A DNA stretch of 64,000 nt from Eledone cirrhosa (Eukaryota): positions 3,534,001-3,598,000 of the forward strand of contig OZ024744.1 of assembly GCA_964016885.1 (NCBI GenBank), in the 5' to 3' direction. The notes under the pieces were generated by a model. It was not told the DNA's origin. It did not search any database and saw nothing but the letters and a program-made list of their open reading frames with translations. The position numbers were made by a program, and so were the translations under genes. This document shows positions 63,701 to 64,000 of this stretch, in pieces (within the stretch, counting starts at the first letter, position 1; every line of letters begins with the position of its first letter).

Positions 63701-64000
63701 ATACAAGGTAGAGAAAGATAGCTTGGTGAAGAACGATGTTTTGAGGGAAGACAAGGTAGAGAAAGATAGCTTGGTGAAGAACGACGTTTTGAGGGAAGAC
63801 AAGGTAGAGAAAGATAGCTTGGTGAAGAACGACGTTTTGTGGGAAGACAAGGTAGAGAAAGATAGCTTGGTGAAGAACGAAGTTTTGGGGGAAGACAAGG
63901 TAGAGAAAGATAGCTTGCGAAGAACTAAGTTTTGGGGGAAGACAAGGTAGAGAAAGATAGCTTGGTGAAGAACGAAGTTCTGAGGGAGGACAAGGTAGCG
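60755..64000. repeat. Higher-order tandem duplication, offset 1915 bp (40 monomers)
   Basis: ORF pairs 60755/62670, 61137/63052 and 61442/63357. Private variants TTGCTGAAT, GTAGTGAAAG and GTAGCG recur at this spacing. Confidence 0.85.

Larger units (their letters stand above)
1..64000. repeat. Satellite-type tandem array of a 48-bp monomer (~1,335 copies), single orientation, extends beyond both window edges
   Basis: The consensus GAAGAACGAAGTTTTGGGGGAAGACAAGGTAGAGAAAGATAGCTTGGT (189-236) recurs continuously from base 1 to 64000. Monomers usually differ from it by only a few substitutions or a 1-bp deletion. Consensus composition is A18 G18 T9 C3 (75% purine, ~44% GC). Each consensus monomer carries an AluI site (AGCT) and a BbsI site (GAAGAC). 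Confidence 0.99.

Noticed and set aside
1170-63898. Giant minus-strand ORFs (up to 6940 aa) as genes
   Set aside because: They overlap in all three frames and contain only three alternating repeat peptides. They have no unique domain, and their starts are mostly non-ATG codons rendered as M. They exist because the monomer has no TTA, CTA or TCA.
375-63950. Plus-strand 60-395 aa ORFs (VKNEVLGEDKVEKDSL repeats) as a gene cluster
   Set aside because: The starts are internal TTG codons of the repeat and the ends are set by 1-bp deletions. There is no intergenic, promoter or terminator sequence and no evident synonymous bias. I did not call them as CDS.
1-64000. CRISPR array
   Set aside because: There are no unique spacers, since the monomers abut directly. 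No leader or cas genes are present.
1-64000. Whole array as a sequencing or assembly artefact
   Set aside because: Linked variant haplotypes, nested duplications with small differences between copies, and position-specific variant families are not what random error produces. Individual near-identical duplications such as 1-5795 still need read confirmation.

Overview
The whole 64-kb window is one uninterrupted head-to-tail tandem array of a 48-bp monomer, about 1,335 copies (64,000/48, allowing for frequent 47-bp variants). The consensus is GAAGAACGAAGTTTTGGGGGAAGACAAGGTAGAGAAAGATAGCTTGGT (example at 189-236). I saw no unique sequence, gene, transposon, RNA gene, CRISPR spacer or inversion, and both array ends lie outside the window. 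The most likely identity is a eukaryotic satellite DNA (centromeric, pericentromeric or subtelomeric), but I do not recognise the family or the host. Every ORF in the track follows from the monomer itself: 48 is divisible by 3, one plus-strand frame is open (VKNEVLGEDKVEKDSL), and all three minus-strand frames lack stop codons. The information lies in the arrangement of monomer variants. These include a hypervariable triplet after the T4 run, 47-bp frameshifting monomers carrying linked substitutions, a recurrent 239-bp pentamer, 1.3-3.7-kb higher-order units, a duplication at ~27.5-kb distance, and three sub-domains with different variant sets. I found no evidence for a multi-gene system. Function, expression and organism cannot be determined from this sequence alone.
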